The notes: generated by a model from the sequence alone, not told the origin. Positions 1-9,135 are shown, counted from the first letter of the stretch. The stretch: 18,576 bases of DNA from Propionibacteriaceae bacterium (GCA_031256725.1 JAIRQE010000001.1:1-18576), one strand, 5' to 3'. Made by a program: numbers and translations.

Positions 1-3000
1 TTCTCAGTCGCAGTGATCGTATGATCACCATCCTCAAGCTCCTTCGTGGACGTACACGACCACGACAGATCCTCCTGAACAACCGCAGTACACAACACAT
101 CACCGTCTTCATCAGTCACAGTGATCTCGTTGCCAGGTTCATCACCAGTACCCGTGATCTCAGGAGTGTTGTCATTTGTAACATCCCCATCCCCAGGACC
201 AGTGATCACTGGAGCCGCAGGCTCATCGCCATCATAAAACTCAACTGATACAGGCGAATTCTGAATAGGTCCAGCCAGTGGCCCATTCGTCACGGAACCA
301 TTGATCCTCACTATCTCGGGTGCGGTATCGCTCACGGTAGTGCTGGCATGCCCCGTAGAACCCGTGGTCACCTGACTGGACCCAAGCTGAGCGCTAGAAC
401 CGGGTACCAAATAAAGGTCTACGACAGCATCCTCAACAGGATTGCAGAACTGATCTGTCACATAAACCGTGACAGTGGAGGAACCAGGAACCATCACCCG
501 TGCGGGGCTAACACTCATGTTCGTACCCACCGCACCCGCGGGACAATCCACCTCAACATTCGGGTCAGGGTCGGGGTCGCCAGCCTTAAACGGAATCGGC
601 TTCGTCGTACCCACAGGCAGACCCTGATAAGTGACACTCGCTGTTGGAGCAGAATCGGCGAGCTTAGAAGAATACTGAACCGTGAAGGTACCATCTGGAT
701 TCGGGGTGAAATTCGCTTCCGTGACATCCGTGCTCGACGCGAGGAACTCTACGTCTGCCTGATTCAAACCCGTGATGATGTTGCCATACTGATCCTTCGG
801 AGTCAGCTTGCCGGTGTAGTAAACCGACCCATCAGAGACCACAAGATAGGTCGCAGGGTTACCCACTGTCGCAATCGGAGTTACGGTGAACTCCGACGTA
901 GCGTACGAGAAGGGGCCTGCTGTAAAGGTCACGGAGATAGGCGAGTTTGTGATCTGTGTGGGGGTACCAGCCACCACCACAGTTGCTGAAACATCGCAGA
1001 CCTCCGCCTTCGGGTCCGTGAACGTCACCGAGCATTGACCCTGGGTATTCGTCACACAGGTTGCCGTGGGTACGCGAGTCGCATCCGCAGAACCGAAGGT
1101 ACCGCTGCCCGTTAGAGCGAAGGTGACTGTAATCCCATCAAGGGGTACATTATTGGCATCCACAATCGTTGCTGTCGCGACATCTGGTTCACCCACAACT
1201 CGATTCGTGTGACTCACAGCCAAACTAGACTTCGTTGGATCTGGCGTACCCTTGGCATAGGGTACCTGTTCGCGAGCCTGGTCAGAGACGACATCATCGC
1301 CACCCGCATTCTTGCTCGTCGCAACCGCATCAAGAGTGATGAGCTTGGATGCAATGTCGAGTGCTGTGACAATATAGGTACCCGAGCATGTGGTTGAAGC
1401 CCCAGGTGCGAGGCTCGTCGACACGCATGTGAAGACTGGAGGTGTGCCCGTACCGTCAAAATCATCAATGAGAATCTGGACCGTATCCAAGGTGGTTTGG
1501 CCAGTGTTTTCCACTGTGAATGTGAAAGTCTTGACCTCGCCCACAGTCGTCATCGAACCTGGATCACTTGCAGTGATCGAGATGGAGGATGTACCCAGAA
1601 CCGATACCCGCGCTGTGTCGGTTTCAGATTCGGTACGAACTGTGGCCTCGTCCGCCTTCGCCGTCGCCTTGCCTGTCACATCGACATAGGTACGCGTGAT
1701 GTCACCCTGGGCTGAGGTATAAGTGGCGGTACACGTGGTGGTGGCACCTGCGGCCAGGATCGTCACTGGGCAGGAGATAGCGCCCAGGGTTCCTGAGGCA
1801 AGGGTCGTGGGGGCTGTGACCTGAAGATCCTTGACCTCCACAACACCAGTGTTGGTGACCTCAAATGAGAAGGTGGCTGTCTGGTTCGCAGCCGTGAGAG
1901 CCGTCGGGTTCACCGACACATCAAGGGTCAATTCAGTGGTTTTCAAGGTGGTATTCGCTGGAGGATTCACACCCAGGTTCGTGATCGATGAGGCTTGTGA
2001 AGTGTAGGTGTCATTCAGTGTTGGGGTTACAGGGATGATGATCTGGCAGGAGGTGGCACCCTTTGCGAGGGTACCATTCGTGATCGTCAGCGACGTTGAT
2101 GCGGCAATGGTTGCCGAACATGTATTCGTGGTCGCAGTACCAACCGTGAGACCCGCAGGGATGGGTACCGTATACGCCCAGCCAGCTTTGGCCTGAAGAT
2201 CAGTGGTGTTTGTGATCGTGAAAACCCAGTTGCTGGACACACCAATAGGAACCACTGCGGGGGTGAAAGCCTGATCCAACTGCGGGGTCACATCAATGAT
2301 GGCAAGAGAGTCGAAGGCAACGTCATTACCCTTACCGGTGGCAGTTGCGTTGTACAGTTCGAAGCCCAATTGGAAAGTCTCAGCAGGGGTACCTAGCAAG
2401 AATGCATTCGAGGACAGACGATCCATGTACACAGTGTGCGTACCAGTGACAACACCCGGGAACGATGGATGATATTCCGTAATAGTGGACGACGTACCTG
2501 TGGCACACGGATTCAATGGTGTCGGGGTCAACAGTTGCCGAGTACCATTAAAAATCAGATAGAAAGATTCTTGAGGGTCCACCCACCCTCCCGAAGAAGA
2601 GTCCAACTTGGCACAGTTGAGCGCTGCAAAGACTGCCGAGACCGCAAAGAAACGTCCACCATTAGCAGTCGTAGCCGAATTGGTACGGATCAGAGTACCT
2701 GGATCCTGTGCATACTGGTCCGCAGCAACAGAATTCGACGCAGAGGAGAGCACGTTATTCGTTTCGGCGCCAGCACCCATTCCCTGGAAGGTACCCAGAG
2801 CTGAAGCCATGGCCTGCAATTGTGGCCACATCTTGACCCCAGCAGAAGGATCACACCCATAGTCCGCCTGGATTCCAGGGTTTTGCGTCTTCGAGTTGAG
2901 AATCCATCCATTGCAGCGACCCTTACGCTCGGAGGGCTCCATCACGCTAGAACTCGCACGGGGCAACCATGCCTCACTTGCTGTGTAGACGGGCGACCCA

Positions 3001-3293
3001 GAAGGTGGGTACACCCTCAACGACATGGGTGTTGAGGTCCCCGTGCCATCGCCGAAGGTCTCCTTAAACACATCAAGGGGTGCCGCTGGTACTCCCGGAT
3101 TTCCTGGAGCGCCGAACGCCGGTGTCGAAGTCTCGAAGTTAAAGGCAGGGACTGCCACAATCGCCATGGCGAGAGCTAGAGATGCGGCAATGGCTACGCC
3201 TTTGCGTACTGTCCCTGTTCCTTGATTGAAGTGGGTCCTGCTAGTTGTACGGTCACGGCGTGTACGCGTGATCCGAGTCCAAAAATGATACAT
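1..3293 (-). CDS. Large cell-surface adhesin-like repeat protein, N-terminal ~1097 codons; the gene continues beyond the left window edge
   Basis: ATG at 3293-3291 sits 5 nt downstream of GAGGAGAG. Manual translation is uninterrupted to position 3. It is not in the ORF track because it has no stop in the window, and no other ORF is listed in this frame. The N-terminus MYHFWTRITRTRRDR...GVAIAASLALAMAIVAVPAF is a basic n-region plus a hydrophobic signal/anchor. There are two DUF11/TIGR01451-type repeats (FSFEVTNTGVVEVKDLQV..CPVTILAAGATTTCTATYT; FTFTVENTGQTTLDTVQILIDDF..CVSTSLAPGASTTCSGTYIVT). About three invasin/Big_1-like Ig modules follow (e.g. ATATIVDANNVPLDGITVTFALTGSGTF). The last visible part is an Ig-like module, PVITGPGDGDVTNDNTPEITGTGDEPGNEITVTDEDGD. 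Confidence 0.85.
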   Translation of the reverse strand, partial: MYHFWTRITRTRRDRTTSRTHFNQGTGTVRKGVAIAASLALAMAIVAVPAFNFETSTPAFGAPGNPGVPAAPLDVFKETFGDGTGTSTPMSLRVYPPSGSPVYTASEAWLPRASSSVMEPSERKGRCNGWILNSKTQNPGIQADYGCDPSAGVKMWPQLQAMASALGTFQGMGAGAETNNVLSSASNSVAADQYAQDPGTLIRTNSATTANGGRFFAVSAVFAALNCAKLDSSSGGWVDPQESFYLIFNGTRQLLTPTPLNPCATGTSSTITEYHPSFPGVVTGTHTVYMDRLSSNAFLLGTPAETFQLGFELYNATATGKGNDVAFDSLAIIDVTPQLDQAFTPAVVPIGVSSNWVFTITNTTDLQAKAGWAYTVPIPAGLTVGTATTNTCSATIAASTSLTITNGTLAKGATSCQIIIPVTPTLNDTYTSQASSITNLGVNPPANTTLKTTELTLDVSVNPTALTAANQTATFSFEVTNTGVVEVKDLQVTAPTTLASGTLGAISCPVTILAAGATTTCTATYTSAQGDITRTYVDVTGKATAKADEATVRTESETDTARVSVLGTSSISITASDPGSMTTVGEVKTFTFTVENTGQTTLDTVQILIDDFDGTGTPPVFTCVSTSLAPGASTTCSGTYIVTALDIASKLITLDAVATSKNAGGDDVVSDQAREQVPYAKGTPDPTKSSLAVSHTNRVVGEPDVATATIVDANNVPLDGITVTFALTGSGTFGSADATRVPTATCVTNTQGQCSVTFTDPKAEVCDVSATVVVAGTPTQITNSPISVTFTAGPFSYATSEFTVTPIATVGNPATYLVVSDGSVYYTGKLTPKDQYGNIITGLNQADVEFLASSTDVTEANFTPNPDGTFTVQYSSKLADSAPTASVTYQGLPVGTTKPIPFKAGDPDPDPNVEVDCPAGAVGTNMSVSPARVMVPGSSTVTVYVTDQFCNPVEDAVVDLYLVPGSSAQLGSSQVTTGSTGHASTTVSDTAPEIVRINGSVTNGPLAGPIQNSPVSVEFYDGDEPAAPVITGPGDGDVTNDNTPEITGTGDEPGNEITVTDEDGDVLCTAVVQEDLSWSCTSTKELEDGDHTITATE

Positions 3294-3888
3294 GGTATCT
3301 CTCCTCACGATGGGACCAGCCCAAGGAGGCTCGCAAAAAAGCCACTCAAGGGTCGGTTAAATTAGGTAGGGGGCACGTGAGTACATAGGTACTACACAAT
3401 GCAGAAAAGATGCACGGAAACCAGATCACTTCCCCATGACCATAAAACAGGGCCTAAGCCCACCACCCACATGCGTAAACGCATGCTCGAAATGTCATAC
3501 TCCCCCATATGGAGTTGAGACATACAGATTCACAAAACCCCCATGTTTTGGAAACCTCTAGACCCCAAGGCGAACTACCCCAGTTCACCTGATGCAAAGC
3601 ATGTTACCCATAAACAATGGCTTAGTCAAAAAGTTGACGATACTCAAATAATGTGCCCGTGAAGTGGGTGCCCGTACTGATCAACCCGGTATATTGTTAT
3701 ATGTTGTCTCACCGTCGCGGGTCAAGGGTTCCCCCAGATGGGGTTGTCTTCTATAGTTGTCACTGTGAGTTCGGATTGGCATCGACGCCACCAACGGGGT
3801 GCCAACAGACTCCAGACCCATTGTGGGAACTGCGCTAAGGTCATCGTCGCCAGCGTCCCACCCCCTGGAACCCCGATAAGGAGCCCAA

Positions 3889-5622
3889 ATGAAAAAGGTA
3901 CTGATCGCAAACCGCGGTGAGATCGCAGTCCGTGTCATCCGCGCCTGCGCATCCTATGGCCTCAAGTCCGTTGCAGTGTACTCAGACACCGACGCCAATG
4001 CCATGCACGTACATCTGGCGGATGAAGCGTACGGCTTGGATGGCCGTTCCGCTCTAGAAACCTACCTGGACGCAGACAAGATCCTCGCCGCCGCAAAAAA
4101 GTCTGGCGCGGATGCTATCCATCCCGGTTACGGCTTCCTCTCCGAGAGAGCCGACTTCGCCCAAGCCGTCGAAGATGCCGGCCTGATCTGGATTGGCCCA
4201 ACCCCTGAGAACATCGCCCTGTTGGGCGACAAGGTGGCCGCCCGTACCATCGCTGAAAAGGTGGGAGCCCCCCTGGTTCCCGGTACGCCAGGCCCAGTTG
4301 ACTCTGTTGACGAGGTACGCGCCTTCGCCGATGCCCACGGATACCCGATCGCCATCAAGGCAGCCTTCGGTGGCGGTGGACGCGGCCTCAAGGTTGTACG
4401 TTCCCCCAAGGAACTCGAACTACGCTACGACTCCGCAGTCTCCGAAGCAGTGTCCGCCTTCGGTCGCGGCGAATGCTATGTGGAGCGCTTCGTGGACCGC
4501 CCCCGTCACGTCGAAACCCAGATCCTGGGCGACGGCAAGGGCCGCATCGTTGTTGTGGGTACCCGTGACTGCTCCGCACAGCGTCGCCACCAGAAAGTCA
4601 TCGAAGAAGCACCCGCACCCTTCATCACCGACCTGCAGATGGAGAAGCTCATCGAAGCATCCGTCGCAATCGGCTCCGAAGTGAAGTACCGCGGCGTAGG
4701 AACCATGGAGTTCATGCTCGGTTCCGATGGCCTACTCTCCTTCCTCGAAGTGAATACCCGTCTCCAGGTGGAGCACCCCGTCACAGAGCGTGTCACCGGT
4801 GTTGACCTGGTTATCTGGCAGTTCAAGATCGCTGAAGGCCACGACATGGATGAACTCCCTGACGTCGTACCCCAGATCGGTCACTGCTTCGAATTCCGTA
4901 TCAACGCTGAAGACCCCGGCCGTGGATTCCTGCCCCAGGCTGGCGAATTCACACGCTTCGACGTCCCAGGTGGACCCTTCCTGCGTGTCGATTCAGGTGT
5001 AGGTTCTGCAGGTACGATCTCCGCCGAGTTCGACTCCATGATCGCCAAGATCATCGTATGGGGCAACAACCGCGAAGAGGCCGTCGCCCGAAGCCGCCAG
5101 GCCATGAAAGAGTGCAATATCGAAGGCATTCCCACCCTGGTACCCTTCCACCGCAGGATGCTTGAAGAACCCCAGTTTGCTGCCACCAAGGCCAAGGATT
5201 TCCTGGTACACACCAACTGGATCGAAAACGAATGCACATGGCTCGGCGAACTCACCCAGCCACTACCTGCAGGCGTACACCGTGAAGAAGTCATCCGTGA
5301 ATGGTTCGAGGTTGACGGCAAGTGGATTCGTCTAGGATTCCCGGCATCCCTAGTTGGTACAGGTGGTTCCGGTGTACACGCACCTGCCAAGGCTGCACCC
5401 TCTGCTACAACCGCTGGCGCGGTCAAGTCTGCTATGAACGGCTTGGTCTCCAAGTGGCTCAAGGCAACAGGTGACGCTGTCGCCGAGGGAGAATCCGTGG
5501 GTGTTCTTGAAGCCATGAAGATGGAAATGCCCATCGTGGCTGAAGAGTCTGGTACCTTCACACAAATGGTTGAGGAAGGTACAACCGTCAAGGAGGGACA
5601 GGTCATCGCGACCATCCTTTAG
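3889..5622 (+). CDS. accA: Acetyl/propionyl-CoA carboxylase alpha subunit (biotin carboxylase fused to a C-terminal biotin carboxyl carrier domain; AccA/AccBC/BccA type)
   Basis: The N-terminus MKKVLIANRGEIAVRVIRA is the canonical biotin carboxylase start. It has the ATP-grasp glycine loop AAFGGGGRGLKVV and the EVNTRLQVEHPVTE motif. The C-terminal lipoyl/biotinyl domain carries EAMKMEMPI (biotinyl-Lys in AMKM). AAGGAG lies upstream of the ATG. Confidence 0.95.
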   Translation: MKKVLIANRGEIAVRVIRACASYGLKSVAVYSDTDANAMHVHLADEAYGLDGRSALETYLDADKILAAAKKSGADAIHPGYGFLSERADFAQAVEDAGLIWIGPTPENIALLGDKVAARTIAEKVGAPLVPGTPGPVDSVDEVRAFADAHGYPIAIKAAFGGGGRGLKVVRSPKELELRYDSAVSEAVSAFGRGECYVERFVDRPRHVETQILGDGKGRIVVVGTRDCSAQRRHQKVIEEAPAPFITDLQMEKLIEASVAIGSEVKYRGVGTMEFMLGSDGLLSFLEVNTRLQVEHPVTERVTGVDLVIWQFKIAEGHDMDELPDVVPQIGHCFEFRINAEDPGRGFLPQAGEFTRFDVPGGPFLRVDSGVGSAGTISAEFDSMIAKIIVWGNNREEAVARSRQAMKECNIEGIPTLVPFHRRMLEEPQFAATKAKDFLVHTNWIENECTWLGELTQPLPAGVHREEVIREWFEVDGKWIRLGFPASLVGTGGSGVHAPAKAAPSATTAGAVKSAMNGLVSKWLKATGDAVAEGESVGVLEAMKMEMPIVAEESGTFTQMVEEGTTVKEGQVIATIL

Positions 5623-5640
5623 TCCATGAGATGATCATGA

Positions 5641-5676
5641 CCGGCCATGGAGGTTACCCCTCTGTGGCCGGTTTTT
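5641..5676 (+). terminator. Rho-independent terminator after accA
   Basis: CCGGCCA (5641-5647) pairs with TGGCCGG (5665-5671), with additional inner GGAGG/CCTC pairing. It is followed directly by TTTTT (5672-5676), 19 nt after the accA stop. Confidence 0.6.
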
Positions 5677-5999
5677 GTACAGCGTGTAACAGTATGGCGA
5701 CTAATGACCCATCCATAGCTTCCGCGATTTTCTGCAGTATCCCCTCTTGTGAGATCTGCTTATTTCTGAAGTTTTCTTGGGTACTCATGATGACAATGGC
5801 ACGCCTGGGAACATACCTCCACACTCTTGATGATTACCCAGTTGATACCCCGGAAACCCCAAAGTCCCCCAGAGGAACCTGAGACAGACTCAAGGGGGTC
5901 GGTTCCTGTGGGGGACTTGTACTCTTGACTGCGCGTGAGCCCGGAAAGCATTGCGCACCTGTTATGTCAGAGTGGGGATGAGGGAAGGGTCATTACCTC

Positions 6000-6665
6000 C
6001 TAGAGTTCTGATAGTTGGCCATGTTGAATTGAGTAGATCTTGTCTGCGATTGAGGTCACCTTCCGAGAATGGGTGACGAGGATGACACACCGATTCTCTT
6101 CATGGGCGAGCCTCGTGAAGATGTCCAGGATCTCAGCTTCGGTCTCACGGTCGAGGTTACCGGTCGGTTCGTCAGCGATGAGGATCGCGGGATCATGAGC
6201 TAGAGCCCTCGCGATTCCCACGCGTTGCTGTTCCCCACCCGAAAGCTTCAGTACCTTGCGATCAGCGGTCTCCCGATCGATACCCATGCGCTCCAAGAGT
6301 TCATAGGTGTGAGTTTTCTTGTCCTTGACCTTCGACTTACTAATATTCATCGAAAGGACAATGTTTTGTACAGCAGTGGCATTGGTAATCAGGTTAAAGC
6401 TTTGAAAGATCACCCCGACCTTCCAGGAGCGGTACCAATCGCGATCCATCTCTTTCAGACTCATACCGCCGCACAGGACCTCACCCTTTGTGGGCAGATC
6501 CAGGCCCGAGATGAGCGAAAGAAGGGTCGACTTTCCAGCACCCGATTTTCCAACAATGGTGTACACCGACCCACGTTCGAAGGTCGCCGAGATATCTTTG
6601 AGTACAGGCTTGGTTGATCCCTCGTAGCGATAGCTCACATGGTCTAGTGCTAATGCGCTCGTCAT
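6000..6665 (-). CDS. ABC transporter ATP-binding protein (MacB/LolD/FtsE-like, 221 aa)
   Basis: Walker A GKSGAGKST, signature LSGGEQQRVGIARAL, Walker B ILIADEPTGNLD, H-loop VTHS. I chose the start at ATG 6665-6663 (MTSALALDHVSYRY): AAGGAA lies upstream, and it is 1 nt after the permease TGA (6669-6667), which suggests translational coupling. The track's 6737 start adds an unlikely 24 aa overlap. Confidence 0.93.
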   Translation of the reverse strand: MTSALALDHVSYRYEGSTKPVLKDISATFERGSVYTIVGKSGAGKSTLLSLISGLDLPTKGEVLCGGMSLKEMDRDWYRSWKVGVIFQSFNLITNATAVQNIVLSMNISKSKVKDKKTHTYELLERMGIDRETADRKVLKLSGGEQQRVGIARALAHDPAILIADEPTGNLDRETEAEILDIFTRLAHEENRCVILVTHSRKVTSIADKIYSIQHGQLSEL

Positions 6666-6666
6666 G

Positions 6667-8247
6667 TCAGTTCCTTTCCGAAAGAATCTTGATAGGTTCG
6701 TATTTGGTGATCTGAGTTGTTGCGATGACACCTGCAACCGAGGAGAGCGCTAGGGCTATACCGATGAGTTGGAGGATGGTACGCCAATCCAGTGAGATAT
6801 TGAGGTTTTCGAGGGGTTGGGCTGTTGTCCCTTGTCCGGGTAGGGTCATCCCCATTCCGGCAGGTCCACCTTGGATACGTCCACCCATCCCTTCAGGACG
6901 ACCGCCCTGCATGGGGTCACTCGTTTCGTTCTGGGTTTCAATGGCCGCGAGTTGCTGTTCGTACAAGACATTGGTGACAGGTTGGGCCACTGCCATACCA
7001 ATACCCAAACCCAAGATCAGGCAAACCCCAGTGATGATAAGGGTCTCGGTCCACAGTCCAGCGACCACCTTCAGCCTCTTCATACCCATAGCCCGCAGTA
7101 CACCTATTTCGTACTTGCGTTCGCGGATCGCAATGGAGGATAGCAAAGCCAAGATGATGGCACCAAAGATTAGGACGACAAACACAAAGGTGGTTGAAAT
7201 CGATTTGAGAGCCTCCACCGGTCGTACCACCTGGTTATAACTTGTGGCATCTGTGGTGACAAGCCAGACATCGGGGAGACCCTTTGTACGCAATTCGGCG
7301 TCGAAGTCCGCCAAAAGCATTGGATCCTTCAAGAAGTAGGTTGCACTCACTTGGATACCCTGCTTGCCCTCCTGGAGGTTGGCAAGCAGAGTATCCAGGG
7401 AAACAAGAATCTCATTGCGCCTATCGGCCCAAGCCGAGCGCAACTGGTTCAGTTGCTCCTCGGTCTGCGTGAGATCCGTGTACACGCCAACAATTGTTAG
7501 ACTCCAGGAAATCTCGGTTGTTGCAAGATCCGAGAGAGACGACCCGAGGTCTGAGGGATCAGTCGACTCCACATCGAGGTTGGGAGGGGTTGTAAGTTCA
7601 CCTGTGGCAGTGATTTTATCCCCGAGATGGAGCCCACTGGCATCCATGACGTCAGCGCTAATCATGGCTTCATTGATGCTTTCTGGGTACCGCGAAGTGG
7701 CGGTTGTTGTGTCATAGTCCGTGGATAGTTCACGGGTACCATTCGTGAAATCTGCAAATTGGTTGATGAGACGGAAATAGAACTGGGTGGATTGTGATTC
7801 CTCAACTTGGCCACCTGGGCCGCCCCTAGCGAAGCCACGGGTGGCACCGCCCGGACCGAGATCCGCATTAGCTGCGGTCAGATCGGTCGAATTTGCGTTG
7901 GTACTTGTGGAAAACTCCGCTTTTTGAAGAAGATCGGAATCCCCAAACTTAACGAGGTCCTGAGCGGAAATCTGAGGCATAACCATTCTGATCATCCCGC
8001 TGGAAGAGTTTTGTTGTGCTTCCTCGCGAATCTTCTCCTGATTAGGGGAAAGGACGACTTCGGAGCCGAATCGGGTTCTGTAATCGTCGATAATCCCGGA
8101 GGAGGTGTTGTTGATCATGAGGGCTGTCACAACGCAGATGATCATGACGAGGATGATTCCTCCGATCATGAAGTTACGTCCCCGATTACGTACCAGGTTT
8201 TGTATCGCATTGGTGATGATGTACACCTGCGGTCCTCTCTGCGCCAT
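6667..8247 (-). CDS. ABC transporter permease, FtsX/MacB-type (N-terminal TM, ~310 aa extracytoplasmic domain, C-terminal FtsX 3-TM module)
   Basis: N-terminus NAIQNLVRNRGRNFMIGGIILVMIICVV is the typical MacB TM1. The FtsX core is AIRERKYEIGVLRAMGMKRLKVVAGLWTETL. The C-terminus is ITKYEPIKILSE. It is in an operon with the ATPase. Confidence 0.9.
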   Translation of the reverse strand: MAQRGPQVYIITNAIQNLVRNRGRNFMIGGIILVMIICVVTALMINNTSSGIIDDYRTRFGSEVVLSPNQEKIREEAQQNSSSGMIRMVMPQISAQDLVKFGDSDLLQKAEFSTSTNANSTDLTAANADLGPGGATRGFARGGPGGQVEESQSTQFYFRLINQFADFTNGTRELSTDYDTTTATSRYPESINEAMISADVMDASGLHLGDKITATGELTTPPNLDVESTDPSDLGSSLSDLATTEISWSLTIVGVYTDLTQTEEQLNQLRSAWADRRNEILVSLDTLLANLQEGKQGIQVSATYFLKDPMLLADFDAELRTKGLPDVWLVTTDATSYNQVVRPVEALKSISTTFVFVVLIFGAIILALLSSIAIRERKYEIGVLRAMGMKRLKVVAGLWTETLIITGVCLILGLGIGMAVAQPVTNVLYEQQLAAIETQNETSDPMQGGRPEGMGGRIQGGPAGMGMTLPGQGTTAQPLENLNISLDWRTILQLIGIALALSSVAGVIATTQITKYEPIKILSERN

Positions 8248-8472
8248 TGGGCTATGCCCTTGTGGACGTACGAGCCAGGCCCTTGAACCATCGGTCCGGG
8301 GTGATCCGAGGGTCCGGCTGGTACGTAGTACTAGTCTGTTGGGTCCGCTATGAGATTGTTCTAAGAAACTTTGAGAAGTACTTGAAAAGGGTCGGATGCA
8401 TCACGTGAAACACCAGATTTCTCCGTGAAAATGCTTGTCAGAGGTGGGAATCCTTGAGTACTGGGTACTTGG

Positions 8473-8913
8473 TTAGATTTCTTTGACCATCTGGATGTAT
8501 GGCAGAACCTCGAAACCTAGGCGTTCATAGAGTTCCTGGGCCTTTGTGTTTGTGCCTGTGACTTCGAGTCGGAAGCGTTTGGCTTCAGGGTACTCTGCCC
8601 AGAGGTACTCGAAGAAGGCGCCACCTAGACCCTTGCCTCGGCATGTGTTGTCTATGTAGAGGTCTTCCACGAGTACGATTGGCCCGCCGATTTCGGTGGC
8701 GAAGCTGAAGGCGAGCAGGGCGAAACCGACAGGACGGCTCTCGTCTTCGATCATGAGGCCCCTTATGTAGGGCGACCCACTGGCCGCGGCATCGAAGGTG
8801 GATCCCAGAATCTTTGAATCAACTGGGTGGCTGACCGCATCCGAACTATAGAAGCGTACCGCCATCTCTAGAAAGGTTTCTTTGTCGTCAATAGTGAAGT
8901 CTCGTATCATCAT
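8473..8913 (-). CDS. GNAT family N-acetyltransferase
   Basis: 146 aa. Acetyl-CoA motif A is VEDLYIDNTCRGKGLGGAFFEYL, followed by LEVTGTNTKAQELYERLGF. AGGAGAG lies immediately upstream, so the second ATG at 8910 may be the real start. No adjacent antitoxin-sized ORF. Confidence 0.85.
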   Translation of the reverse strand: MMIRDFTIDDKETFLEMAVRFYSSDAVSHPVDSKILGSTFDAAASGSPYIRGLMIEDESRPVGFALLAFSFATEIGGPIVLVEDLYIDNTCRGKGLGGAFFEYLWAEYPEAKRFRLEVTGTNTKAQELYERLGFEVLPYIQMVKEI

Positions 8914-9080
8914 CTCTCCTAGTCAGGTACGTTCCAGCCTATCGAAGAAATGGGTCGCTGATAATAGTGAAACTTCCCCACAATGACCTAGATTCTACGA
9001 CCTGATAAGCCTCTTCGCGAAAGTAAACTTGCGAAGGATGGGAGCCCTGTGATCTGAAGGATTGGGAATTGCCCTGAGGG

Positions 9081-9119
9081 AGTAAACAACAAGGGCCCAG
9101 GTTATACCCCAGGCCCTTG
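9081..9119 (-). terminator. Probable terminator hairpin after ppdK
   Basis: CAAGGGCC (9090-9097) is the reverse complement of GGCCCTTG (9112-9119). On the minus strand the hairpin is followed by TTGTTTACT. It starts 17 nt after the ppdK stop. The loop is long (14 nt) and the T tract is weak. Confidence 0.45.
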
Positions 9120-9135
9120 CGTAGTGAAGAAATAA

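Noticed and set aside
21-3225. Many 60-213 aa ORFs in the track (e.g. 348-989 +, 1390-1689 +, 2436-2804 +, 515-727 -)
   Set aside because: All are shadow frames of the single uninterrupted minus-strand adhesin frame (1-3293). Their products are Arg/Ser/Thr-rich with no motifs, and they overlap each other.
4881-5615. 244-aa antisense ORF inside accA; similarly 9151-10083 + (310 aa) inside ppdK, 15009-15473 - and 15756-16349 + inside the MFS gene, and 12145-12486 - inside the oxidase gene
   Set aside because: These are antisense or off-frame shadows of strongly supported genes, which is typical where TTA/CTA/TCA codons are rare. They have no motifs.
5631-5882. 83-aa + strand ORF immediately after accA
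   Set aside because: It reads straight through the accA terminator hairpin and T tract, has no SD, and has implausible composition.
6666-6737. 24-codon upstream extension of the ABC ATPase ORF
   Set aside because: It would overlap the permease 3' end by 71 nt. The internal ATG has an AAGGAA SD and sits 1 nt after the permease stop.
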